DNA of 64,000 bases from Deinococcales bacterium (lineage in GTDB: Bacteria; Deinococcota; Deinococci; Deinococcales; JAAFIG01), in NCBI GenBank assembly GCA_043778225.1, contig JAYWGM010000079.1:910-64909 (forward strand). Reading direction: 5' to 3'. This document shows, piece by piece, positions 29,288 to 38,143 of this stretch (its first letter is position 1; each line of letters begins with the position of its first letter). The translations under genes were made by a program, and so were the position numbers. The notes beneath the pieces are model-generated. The model ran no database searches and had not been told where the DNA came from. It saw nothing but the letters and a program-made list of their open reading frames with translations.

Positions 29288-29755
29288 TCATGAAAGTACC
29301 TGAGCCGTAGGTTGTACAAAAACCACACGGCTGCTTTGGGGGGCAAAGACTGCCGAAAGTTGCTCCAAGACTTTTGGTAGATTCAAGAGTGGAATGGTGC
29401 TGTTGGCGTAGCGCATCGCCCCAAAGCAAATTGGCTCGAGGTCTGGCTCGAGCATGGCATTGGCGGCTTCAAATGCCACAAAACCCAGAGCGGCATCAAT
29501 TGCCACCCCAAATTGTCGCCCTTCAAACTCGAGTTGCACCGCAAAGTCATGTTTAGGGATTGGTAAACCAAGAAGCGGCTCAAGTGCCACAATTGGAATC
29601 ACTTGTGAGCGCACCGCAAACAAGCCAAGCAAAGCACTGGCAGCCCGTGGCGCTCGGCGTAAATCGGTTAAGCCATGCACCTGACGGGTGTATGCTCCAG
29701 CTATCCCGATTAAGGATTGCCCTATTTGCACCACACAAGCCCGTTGCACAATCAT
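29288..29755 (-). CDS. cheW: CheW-like coupling protein
   Basis: P.A...LLGL..VR.QVIPIV.L..LLGL and FGVA.D motifs; operon context. Confidence 0.85.
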   Translation of the reverse strand: MIVQRACVVQIGQSLIGIAGAYTRQVHGLTDLRRAPRAASALLGLFAVRSQVIPIVALEPLLGLPIPKHDFAVQLEFEGRQFGVAIDAALGFVAFEAANAMLEPDLEPICFGAMRYANSTIPLLNLPKVLEQLSAVFAPQSSRVVFVQPTAQVLS

Positions 29756-29756
29756 A

Positions 29757-30125
29757 TTACCTTCCTGTGGTTAAACGCGCCACCATATTTAACAAAGCAT
29801 CAGCGGTGTAGGGTTTTGGCAAATAATCGGTTGCCCCTTGACGTTTGCCCCATTCGATGTCGGTCGGTTGGTCTTTACTCGAGATGATACAGACTGCCAA
29901 GTCTTTGCTGTTGGGGTCGCGGCGGAGTTTTCGCAGAATTTCATAGCCATTGCGCTGCGGCATGACCACATCCAAAAGAATCAAATCTGGCTGCTCGGCT
30001 TCGATTAACGCCTCCACCCCTTCGCCATTGATACAAAGCGCGACCCGATGGGCAGCGCTCACCAGAATAGATTCCGCCAGCTTTAAGTCTGCCATTGAGT
30101 CGTCGACTGCGATAATTTTTGCCAT
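29757..30125 (-). CDS. Single-domain response regulator (CheY/PilH-like)
   Basis: VDDS, LLDVVMP..NGY, SSKDQ.TD..WG.RQGA.DYL.KP (PilH-type signature). Confidence 0.92.
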   Translation of the reverse strand: MAKIIAVDDSMADLKLAESILVSAAHRVALCINGEGVEALIEAEQPDLILLDVVMPQRNGYEILRKLRRDPNSKDLAVCIISSKDQPTDIEWGKRQGATDYLPKPYTADALLNMVARLTTGR

Positions 30126-30288
30126 AATTTACCTCGAGAATAAAAAATTGAGAGCTGCTTAACGGCTCGATACAACTAGCGTATCAGACTTCTTTAGCCA
30201 GCAGTGCCTAAAGTCGACACGACTATTCTAAACCAAGTATAAGTTTTTACCTGTTAAGATGAGATGTGCAAGAAAACTGGCAAGCAAC

Positions 30289-32904
30289 ATGAGTCTCGAG
30301 ATACGGGCAGCTTCGGCTGGGACAGGAAAAACCACCAGTTTAGTGCTGCTGTACTTAGAAGCCCTAAAAACCACTCCAGCACGACGTATTGCCGCCGTAA
30401 CCTTCACGCGGGCTTCGGCTCGAGATTTACGGACACGTTTACGGGCGGGCTTATTGGAGTTGCTGCAAACGGGGCGCTACTTGGATGTGGTGCTGCACAC
30501 CCGTGAACCTTTTGAACGGGCGCTAAAAGAACTGGACTCGAGTGCAATATCAACCATCCACGGATTTTTTCGGGTTTTGCTGCGCTTAAATGCCCCAAGC
30601 CTTGGTTTAGACCCTGAGTTTACCAACCTCGATGAATCCCAAGCCAAAGAAATCTACCGAGCGGCGTGCAGCAGTTTATTGGCTCGAGCCGCCCTGCTTG
30701 GCGAAACGGGTACGGCTTTACTCGCCACGTATGGCTGGGAAGAAGCCCTATCTGCCCTCGAGACACTTTTTGAAAAACGGGTTTACGCACCATTTTTTGG
30801 CGACGACCAAAATTTATTAGAAACCTACAACGCCGCCAACGCGCTCTACCAAGCTCGACTGGCAAACAGCAGTTTATCGGCAACCGATATTGAACTTAAA
30901 ACCCTTGAATTGCTCGAGCAGCCAGCTTGCGTTGCCCGAATCCAAAGCCGTTTTCAGATTTTATTGGTGGATGAGTTTCAGGATGTCAATCCACTGCAAG
31001 CCAAAATTTTTACCCGCCTGAACTTGCAGCGCACGATTTTTGTCGGAGATGCCAAACAGAGCATCTATGCCTTTCGGGATGCCGATGTGACGGCGTTTCT
31101 CGAGATGTACCAACAAGCCAAGTCACTTGCGCCTTTGACCACAACTTACCGGCATGGAAAAGCCTTATCTGAGTTTTACTCGAGCTTGTCCGAAAAATTA
31201 TTTCCAGAATTCTCGGAGCGAGGCTTACCCGCCACCGTCTCGAGTGGGCGCACAAATGCCACCTCGAGTGCCGAAATGCACCTGATTGAAGCCAGCCATT
31301 TAGAAAGCGGACGCAGCACCGAAGCGCGAATTATCGCCAAAAGGCTTTGGGAACTGCACCAAGCTGGCTATGCGTGGCGCGAGATGGCAATTCTGTTGCG
31401 AACCAGAACCTCTTTAACCAACCTTGAACCCAGTCTGCGCCATGCTCAAATACCGTTTTTGGTCGGCAGTGGACAGCGCTATTACGACCGCCGAGAAATC
31501 CGCGATGCGATTCAGCTGTTACGCGCTAAGCTCCAGCCAGAAGCGCCCGAAGTGTTGGCAGCCTTGGCACGGCTACCGAGCATCAATTTACCACTCGAGA
31601 AAATAGAAAACCTCTTGACAAACACAAAACGCGCCTTACAAGACCCCGACTTCGCGCCACTTGTGGCACTGCTTGAGGTGATTTATGGCGCAAGTGATGC
31701 CCTTGGCTTGCTCGAGGCGGCTTGGATGCACCTTGGCACAAACTTGACCCGCGAAGCCCAAAGTTACGCCAATTTGGATGGTTTACTCTATCAATTGGCA
31801 GCCAGAGGCGCACGCGACCCACGGGCTGCGCTGACGTTTCTCGAGCAAGCCCAGTTGGGCGAAGCCGAAGGCGACGAACCACTCGAGGGACAAGACGCAG
31901 TGCGAATTTTAACGATTCATGCTTCCAAAGGACTTGAGTTTCCAGTCTGTGTGGTCTACGACCTAGCGCGAGGCGAGCGCAACACTGCCGAAGCCTTGGC
32001 AGTCCACCCAAACGGCGAAGTGGCTTGGCGCGGCACAGCCAGCTACATCAGCACCCAGAAGCACTGGAACGCCCGCCGCGATGGCGAAGCCAATCGTTTG
32101 TTGTACGTTGCCCTGACTCGAGCCAAAGATGTTTTAATCCTGACTGGCTCGAGTACCGGCACTGCCCGAGGCTGGTTGGCGAACTTTGAAAAAATTGGCT
32201 CGTTGCCACACTTAGAGGTTGTGACCCATGCCGAAGACCAAAGTCTACCGCTTGAGATAACAACCAATCCGCAGTCTTTTCTGACTTTAATGCCCAATTT
32301 AGAGCTTGCTAAAGCCAGTTTTAAGCGCCACACCCCAAGGGTTCGTGCGCCGACTCGCTCGCCAGAAGCCCACGAAACAGACACCAGCCCAGACGAACTG
32401 CGACTGGATTTACACAGCGAATCCATCCCCGAAGCCGACCGTGTGATAGGCACACTGGCACACTATGCGATTGCCGAAAATTTCTCGAGCCAGAACATGG
32501 CACAACGCCAGATTCTAAGCGCCCAATATGTCCTGCACCCCTATAGCCCACTCGAGTGCCAAACCATGATTGAACGGGCTTGGTGGTATTTAACCCAATA
32601 TGAAAAACTGTATCCAGACCGCAGTCAGCGCCTTGTGGATTATGCCGAACTGCCCTTTGCCTACCAAGACGGCAAAACCACATGGCAAGGCATCATAGAC
32701 CGCCTCTACCAAGAAGAAAACGGCACTTGGATACTCGAGGATTACAAAACCGACAGCCTTCCCTTGCCAGAAATCCCACAGCGTGCCAGAGCTTACGAGC
32801 GCCAGCTTGGCATTTACCGCGAAGCCGTAAAAAGCGCCAGAAAACTCGAGCCAGAAGTTCGCCTGACGTTTTTGCACCACGGGATTGTTTATAAACTAGG
32901 GTAA
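30289..32904 (+). CDS. AddA-like UvrD helicase with C-terminal PD-(D/E)XK nuclease
   Basis: ASAGTGKT, TFT, STIHGF, VDEFQD, VGD.KQSIY.FR, TIH.SKGLEF, LLYVALTRA and GIIDRL...DYKT motifs. Confidence 0.9.
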   Translation: MSLEIRAASAGTGKTTSLVLLYLEALKTTPARRIAAVTFTRASARDLRTRLRAGLLELLQTGRYLDVVLHTREPFERALKELDSSAISTIHGFFRVLLRLNAPSLGLDPEFTNLDESQAKEIYRAACSSLLARAALLGETGTALLATYGWEEALSALETLFEKRVYAPFFGDDQNLLETYNAANALYQARLANSSLSATDIELKTLELLEQPACVARIQSRFQILLVDEFQDVNPLQAKIFTRLNLQRTIFVGDAKQSIYAFRDADVTAFLEMYQQAKSLAPLTTTYRHGKALSEFYSSLSEKLFPEFSERGLPATVSSGRTNATSSAEMHLIEASHLESGRSTEARIIAKRLWELHQAGYAWREMAILLRTRTSLTNLEPSLRHAQIPFLVGSGQRYYDRREIRDAIQLLRAKLQPEAPEVLAALARLPSINLPLEKIENLLTNTKRALQDPDFAPLVALLEVIYGASDALGLLEAAWMHLGTNLTREAQSYANLDGLLYQLAARGARDPRAALTFLEQAQLGEAEGDEPLEGQDAVRILTIHASKGLEFPVCVVYDLARGERNTAEALAVHPNGEVAWRGTASYISTQKHWNARRDGEANRLLYVALTRAKDVLILTGSSTGTARGWLANFEKIGSLPHLEVVTHAEDQSLPLEITTNPQSFLTLMPNLELAKASFKRHTPRVRAPTRSPEAHETDTSPDELRLDLHSESIPEADRVIGTLAHYAIAENFSSQNMAQRQILSAQYVLHPYSPLECQTMIERAWWYLTQYEKLYPDRSQRLVDYAELPFAYQDGKTTWQGIIDRLYQEENGTWILEDYKTDSLPLPEIPQRARAYERQLGIYREAVKSARKLEPEVRLTFLHHGIVYKLG

Positions 32905-33020
32905 AAAGGAAAAAAGGAAAAAGCGACCCAGCCCGCAGGGTGCGTGTTTAGGGTCAAGAAAGGTTAAGAGTTTAGACGGGTTTACTTTTAACCTTTTAAC
33001 CTTTTGACCTTTTAACCTTT
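32902..33020. repeat. Tandem ~8-mer inverted repeat element
   Basis: taaaaggaaaaaaggaaaaag...aaaggttaagagttta...ttttaaccttttaaccttttgaccttttaaccttt. Confidence 0.75.
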
Positions 33021-33031
33021 AGAATGCTCAA

Positions 33032-33493
33032 GTGAGCTTGCCCGACCTCGACCCAAACGTACCCTTGCACCTTCGCAAAGCAGCGATGCGCGATGTTGAA
33101 GCAATGCTGCAACTGATTGCCCACTGGGCAAGGCGTGGCGCGATGCTGCCCAAATCTCGAGATGTGCTGTACACCCAAATCCGCGATTTTTACTTGCTCG
33201 AGACGATAGACAACGGCATGGCTGGGATTATCGGGCTGCATATTTTATGGTCAGACCTTGCCGAAGTGCGCTCTTTGGCGATTCATCCCAATTTTCAGGG
33301 AAAAGGCTTGGGCAAACAGTTGGTCTACGGCATCGAACCCGAAGCTCGAGAACTCGGCATTTTGCGCTTATTTGCTTGGACACTCGAGCCGACTTTTTTT
33401 GTGCGCTGTGGTTACACCGAAATTCCGCTCGAGGAATTGCCACCCAAGGTTTATAAGGAATACCATAAGAACGCCATGGTCAAACGGCTTTAA
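33032..33493 (+). CDS. Short GNAT-type N-acetylglutamate synthase-like (ArgA-like) acetyltransferase
   Basis: G.MLP.S...LY..IRDF, LHILW.DLAEVRSLA and QG.GLG motifs. Confidence 0.8.
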   Translation: MSLPDLDPNVPLHLRKAAMRDVEAMLQLIAHWARRGAMLPKSRDVLYTQIRDFYLLETIDNGMAGIIGLHILWSDLAEVRSLAIHPNFQGKGLGKQLVYGIEPEARELGILRLFAWTLEPTFFVRCGYTEIPLEELPPKVYKEYHKNAMVKRL

Positions 33494-33508
33494 GCGTAGA
33501 ATCTGAGC

Positions 33509-33874
33509 ATGAATAGAAATGTGCTTGGAACAGACCTCGAGACTTGTTGCAGTAAACCATTGACTGGATATTTTAGAGATGGCTTGTGCCGCACCGACCA
33601 GACCGACCAAGGTTCGCACGTGATATGCGCCCGCGTGACCGACAAATTTCTCGAGTTCAGTCAATCCGTCGGCAATGACCTAAGCACCCCACGCCCAGAA
33701 TACCGATTTAATGGCTTAAAACACGGCGATTGCTGGTGTTTGTGCGCCCTGCGCTGGGCAGAAGCCCTCGAAGCTGGAGTTGCACCGCCTGTGCGCTTAG
33801 GCAGCACCAATATTAAAGCCCTTGAGTTTGTCGAGCTTGCAGACCTAAAGCAACACGCGCTCGAGATGAATTAA
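33509..33874 (+). CDS. DUF2237 family protein
   Basis: NVLG..L..C...PLTG.FRDG.C, GNDLSTP and GD.WCLCA.RW motifs. Confidence 0.93.
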   Translation: MNRNVLGTDLETCCSKPLTGYFRDGLCRTDQTDQGSHVICARVTDKFLEFSQSVGNDLSTPRPEYRFNGLKHGDCWCLCALRWAEALEAGVAPPVRLGSTNIKALEFVELADLKQHALEMN

Positions 33875-34959
33875 CCGCGCCAGTCACGGCGCAGTAATCC
33901 GTACCTTTGCCAATCGTGGAAACGGGCATACAACCATTCGGCATCTCGAGTGACCGATTCTGGCTTAAACCCAAGGCGTTCAATCACGGCTTTTGAAGCC
34001 GTATTCTCGAGCGCATGGGCAATCGAAACTCGGTGCAGATGAAGTTCAAAAAAAACATAGTCCAGCATGGCTCGAGCCGCTTTATTCATGATGCCCCGAC
34101 CCGTAAAATCTTTGGCAAGCCAATAGCCAAATTCGGTATCTTGGTGTTCCCAATCTATGAAGTGTAAGCCAATGATGCCGACCAGCCCACCGTCTAACCA
34201 GATTCCAGCACTAAAGCCATCAAAGTTCTTAAATTGATCTAAACTCGAGGAAATAAAATTTTTGAAATGCGCTGGCGAGGTATTCAAATCCACCCATGGC
34301 AAAAACCTGCGAAGGTGTTCACGGCTGGGTTCAATCGCCTCAAAAATGCTTTGGGCATGATTTAACTCGAGCAGACGCAGTTCTAAAGCATCACCAAGCG
34401 GTTTGGAAAAATATGCTGCCCGACTTCGCCTATCCCTGTCCAACAACGACCAGACCTGATGCGAAACCCTCGAGCCTCGTAAAGTGCGGTCTTCTCGAGC
34501 CAGACCCTCGAGCAAAAACCCAAGTTTTTCGGCAACCCGCTGGCTTGGCTTATTATCAGTCGCACAACAGAGTTGAATTCGATTGAGACCAAGTTCAGAA
34601 AAAGCGTAATCGAGTAAGCTCGAGACCGCCTTGGTGATGATGCCCCGACCCGCAAAAGGCGCTCCAATCCAATAGCCGACTTCGGCTTTACGATGGGTTG
34701 TATTGACATCAAATAAACTGACCACCCCAACCAATTGCGCACCGAGCCAAATTCCAAAATTCCCAGAACCATCTTTGATGTATTTTTCTCGAGAGCGACG
34801 AATAAAGTCCTCGGCAGTAATCAGCGTTGCCAAATCCACAAAACCAAGGTAACGCCGCAAGTGGGTTCGGCTTGAGTTTATTAAAGCAAACAAAATTTCG
34901 CTGTGATGCAATTCAAAATGCCGCAACTCGAGATTTGGTTCTATTGCTAAAGAAAACAT
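33871..34959 (-). CDS. Tandem double RimL/RimJ-type GNAT acetyltransferase
   Basis: Two homologous halves, each with LELR, HLRR.L..VD, E.GYW, GRGI and N..S..V.E.LGF..E. Confidence 0.9.
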   Translation of the reverse strand: MFSLAIEPNLELRHFELHHSEILFALINSSRTHLRRYLGFVDLATLITAEDFIRRSREKYIKDGSGNFGIWLGAQLVGVVSLFDVNTTHRKAEVGYWIGAPFAGRGIITKAVSSLLDYAFSELGLNRIQLCCATDNKPSQRVAEKLGFLLEGLAREDRTLRGSRVSHQVWSLLDRDRRSRAAYFSKPLGDALELRLLELNHAQSIFEAIEPSREHLRRFLPWVDLNTSPAHFKNFISSSLDQFKNFDGFSAGIWLDGGLVGIIGLHFIDWEHQDTEFGYWLAKDFTGRGIMNKAARAMLDYVFFELHLHRVSIAHALENTASKAVIERLGFKPESVTRDAEWLYARFHDWQRYGLLRRDWRG

Positions 34960-34969
34960 GGGTTAAACT

Positions 34970-35641
34970 TTAACGCAACTCGAGCAGGTCAGCCAATGCC
35001 TGCGGGTTGACCACCCAAACACGTCGTTTCTCGAGCCGAATAAACCCCATGCGGTAAAACTCGCCAAGTTTACGCGAAACCAATTCTGGCACAGTCCCCA
35101 ATTCGGAAGCCAACAACGAATTTGGCGGCAACAACCAACCGCTCGAATCCGCATTCTCGAGCAAGACCCGCGCCACTCGAGCATTCAAATCGGCAAAAAA
35201 CACTTGGTCTACCCGACGCAACAACGCCCCAGACCGCGAAACCACAAAACGCAATAATGTATTGGCTAAAGCTGCATCAGAAGTCACCAACGCCTCGAGT
35301 TGCAAAGCATCCAGACTCAGCACCACACCCACCTCGAGCATTTGAGCAGAAACCGAATAACACCGTTCAGAAGACCATAAACTCTGGATACCCAGTACGG
35401 CTCGAGCCGACAAGACCGCCACCGTGAATTCTCGAGCTAGACTGGTTAAGCAAAATGTTCTGGCAACACCCGAGACAATCACAAAAACTCGAGAAACCGA
35501 ATCGCCTGCGGCAAAAAGTAACTCGCCACGCTGCAAAGTTAAGCACATACTGCCCTCGAGAAGTCGCTCAAGCATTGGCACAGTCAGACCACGAAAAGCG
35601 GCTGTTCGCTGCAAAACAAGAACTTGCTGCTCGAGAACCAT
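34970..35641 (-). CDS. Crp/Fnr family transcriptional regulator
   Basis: cNMP-like domain (GE.LF..GD, SG) and HTH LA..LGTVPELVSR.L. Confidence 0.9.
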   Translation of the reverse strand: MVLEQQVLVLQRTAAFRGLTVPMLERLLEGSMCLTLQRGELLFAAGDSVSRVFVIVSGVARTFCLTSLAREFTVAVLSARAVLGIQSLWSSERCYSVSAQMLEVGVVLSLDALQLEALVTSDAALANTLLRFVVSRSGALLRRVDQVFFADLNARVARVLLENADSSGWLLPPNSLLASELGTVPELVSRKLGEFYRMGFIRLEKRRVWVVNPQALADLLELR

Positions 35642-35649
35642 GACCTATT

Positions 35650-35895
35650 CTACAAAGCAAAATGGGAATGCGCCTTGGCGATAAAACTTGTCCATTCTGG
35701 AGGCACATCGTCATTCGCAAAAATTGCACCTGTCGGACAGACACTGATACACATTCCGCAAATAATGCACTCGTCAGGATGAATAAAAAACTGGTCTTCA
35801 CCCTCATAAATACAATCCATAGGGCAAACCTGAACACAAGCGCCATCTTTTTTGCCAATACATGGCTCGGTAATCACTGCATAAGAATTTTTCAC
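35650..35895 (-). CDS. Ferredoxin (7Fe/dicluster type)
   Basis: [19 protein letters not shown]...IHPDECI.CG.C..VCP; GTG start. Confidence 0.95.
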   Translation of the reverse strand: MKNSYAVITEPCIGKKDGACVQVCPMDCIYEGEDQFFIHPDECIICGMCISVCPTGAIFANDDVPPEWTSFIAKAHSHFAL

Positions 35896-35929
35896 ACGTT
35901 CAGTTTGCCTCGAGCAGCCAAAAAAGTCT

Positions 35930-35943
35930 TTGACTTAGGTCAA
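35930..35943. promoter_or_regulatory. FNR/Crp-type operator centred at -41.5 of the ferredoxin-crp/fnr operon
   Basis: Perfect TTGAC-TTAG-GTCAA. Its centre (35936.5) is 41.5 bp upstream of the GTG at 35895; weak -10 CAAACT at 35907-35902. Confidence 0.75.
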
Positions 35944-35978
35944 GCACAAAAAATAGCAAAATTTACTAGAATTGAGTT

Positions 35979-36209
35979 ATGAATATCTCTCTAACCAACG
36001 AACTGCAACAATGGATTCAACAAAAAGTGGCTTCTGGACATTATCAAACCTCGAGCGAGTTCGTGCGCGAAGCCCTACGCGCTCAAATTCAACGAGAAGA
36101 AAAACTCGAGTCTTTACGCAGCACCATCAACGAAGGCTGGCAAGACCTTGAAGCGGGGCGCACCATCAGTCTCGAGGAGTTAAAAGCACGAACCCAAAAC
36201 AAAATATGA
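35979..36209 (+). CDS. parD: ParD-family type II antitoxin
   Basis: MNISL..EL..WI..KV.SG.Y...SE.VREALR...L.SLR..I.EG..D..AG. Confidence 0.9.
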   Translation: MNISLTNELQQWIQQKVASGHYQTSSEFVREALRAQIQREEKLESLRSTINEGWQDLEAGRTISLEELKARTQNKI

Positions 36210-36493
36210 TTCCAATTATTACCGAACGCGCTGCCTCAGATATTCTTGGAATTTTTGACTTTCGAGGCGAAAAATCAGCGCAATTAACGGTCAATGAAAT
36301 CCTTAAAACAATTACTGACCTTGAAATTTTCCCATTGCTTGGGCGTTCTCGAGACGAATTGCGAAAAGGCACACGCAGCCTCGTGATGCGAAAATACCTG
36401 ATTTTTTACACGATTTTTCAAAACACACCCGTTATACCGAGGGTCGTTCATGGCAGTCGTGACCCCGAGACTTTATTTGAAAACGAACCATGA
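36206..36493 (+). CDS. parE: ParE-family type II toxin
   Basis: T.RA..DI..I, L..FP.LGR.RDEL..G.RS....YLIFY....RVVHG.RD; ATGA overlap with parD. Confidence 0.88.
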   Translation: MIPIITERAASDILGIFDFRGEKSAQLTVNEILKTITDLEIFPLLGRSRDELRKGTRSLVMRKYLIFYTIFQNTPVIPRVVHGSRDPETLFENEP

Positions 36494-36515
36494 GCCTTTA
36501 AGGTTAGAATAACCC

Positions 36516-37634
36516 ATGCAAGAAATTCATAATTACCTAGGACAAAACACCAACGCCATGCTGACCGACATCGAAAAATTGGTGCGGCTCGAGTCACCAT
36601 CTCGAGATGCCGCCGCGATTAACCTTGTGCAAGATGCGCTGCAAACCATGCTCGAGCCAATGGGAACAGTCAAACGCCACAGTCACGAATTGGGCGATAT
36701 TCTGCACGTCCAGATTCAAGGAAACTCGAGTGAGCGCGTGCTGCTGATGGGTCATGCTGACACGGTTTACCCGCACGGCACTTGGAAAAGTAATTGGCGG
36801 GTCGAAGGCGAAAAAGTCTTTGCGCCCGGCAGCTATGACATGAAAGCCGGTATTATCCAAGCAATTTGGGCATTAAAAGCGATTTTTGAGGCTGGCAAAA
36901 CCCCAAGTTGCACCGTGGATTTTCTGGTCACACCCGACGAGGAAATTGCCAGTCATGCCGGACGACCGTTTATCGAAGGACTCGCCAAAGGCGCAAAAGC
37001 GGTGCTGGTTCTCGAGCCACCGCACTTAAATGGAGATTTGAAAGTCGCACGAAAAGGTGTAGGCGGCTACCGTGTTTTTATTCGTGGCAAAGCCGCTCAC
37101 CAAGGCACAGAACCCGAAAATGGACGCAATGCAATTGTCAGCACAGCGCATTTAATTACCGAAGTGATCAAACTCCAAGATTTAGCCAAAGGCACGACCC
37201 TCGGACCAAACGTGATTCAAGGCGGCAGTGTCATGAATGTAGTCGCCGACGAAGTTTACCTCGAGATTGACATTCGTGTTTGGACAGAGGAAGAAGCGAC
37301 TCGAGTAGACCAAGAAATTCGTAAAATCGTACCGCTCGAGGGAACAACTTATGAAATTTTGGATGGCTTAAACCGCCCCGCAATGGAACCCTCTGACGGC
37401 ACTTGGGTACTGCTCGAGAAAGCCCAGAAAATTGCTAATGCCCTAGGCTTTAACCCGGGCGCGGCTCGAGTTGGCGGCGGTTCAGATGGAAATTTCACCG
37501 CGAAACTCGCACCAACCATAGATGGCTTTGGCGCATTTGGCGCAAACGCCCATCAGAAGGAACTCGAGTACATAAACATTCCAAGCCTTGCGCCACGGGC
37601 AGCCCTCATAGCTGGAATGCTCCTCGAGATTTGA
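36516..37634 (+). CDS. M20 metallopeptidase (glutamate carboxypeptidase-like)
   Basis: ESPS, GH.DTV, G.YDMK.G, DEEI.S and GGGSDGNF motifs. Confidence 0.93.
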   Translation: MQEIHNYLGQNTNAMLTDIEKLVRLESPSRDAAAINLVQDALQTMLEPMGTVKRHSHELGDILHVQIQGNSSERVLLMGHADTVYPHGTWKSNWRVEGEKVFAPGSYDMKAGIIQAIWALKAIFEAGKTPSCTVDFLVTPDEEIASHAGRPFIEGLAKGAKAVLVLEPPHLNGDLKVARKGVGGYRVFIRGKAAHQGTEPENGRNAIVSTAHLITEVIKLQDLAKGTTLGPNVIQGGSVMNVVADEVYLEIDIRVWTEEEATRVDQEIRKIVPLEGTTYEILDGLNRPAMEPSDGTWVLLEKAQKIANALGFNPGAARVGGGSDGNFTAKLAPTIDGFGAFGANAHQKELEYINIPSLAPRAALIAGMLLEI

Positions 37635-37637
37635 GCC

Positions 37638-38099
37638 ATGCTAAAGTTTCGAGAAGCCACCATAGCCGACCTGAACCAAATGCTCATTTGGCGCGGTCAA
37701 TCCCAAGCATCCCAAGAAGCCATTACTCGAGAATTTGATTCATTAGAAACAGGAAAAACAACTATTTTTCTGGCATTTGAAGCACAACAATTGATTGGAA
37801 CAGTGCAACTGAGCTTCGACCACACCGACCCTGAAATGATTCGTGACGCTGTTTACTTGCAAGCAATCGAGGTTCACAGTGCATTCAGACAACAAGGCAT
37901 TGCCACTGCCTTATGCCAGTTGCTCGAGACCAAAGCAGCCCAAAAAGGATATTCACGAATCACCGTAGAAATCGAACCCGATAACTTACCGTCAATCAGA
38001 TTTTTTCAAAAATACGATTACCTCGAGTTCAAACAATCCGAATTTACGTGGGACGGCGAAATACTGCCCGTGATTTGCTTTGAAAAATACCTCAAATAA
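37638..38099 (+). CDS. GNAT family N-acetyltransferase
   Basis: V...FRQQGIA and N.PS.RFF.K..Y motifs. Confidence 0.85.
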   Translation: MLKFREATIADLNQMLIWRGQSQASQEAITREFDSLETGKTTIFLAFEAQQLIGTVQLSFDHTDPEMIRDAVYLQAIEVHSAFRQQGIATALCQLLETKAAQKGYSRITVEIEPDNLPSIRFFQKYDYLEFKQSEFTWDGEILPVICFEKYLK

Positions 38100-38100
38100 A

Positions 38101-38127
38101 ACGGGGATTTGCAGAACAAATCCCCGT
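38101..38127. terminator. Hairpin terminator between the convergent GNAT and nuoN genes
   Basis: ACGGGGATTTG-CAGAA-CAAATCCCCGT, with an A-run on the left (U-tract for the minus-strand nuo transcript). Confidence 0.8.
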
Positions 38128-38143
38128 GCAAAAGTACAAACAA

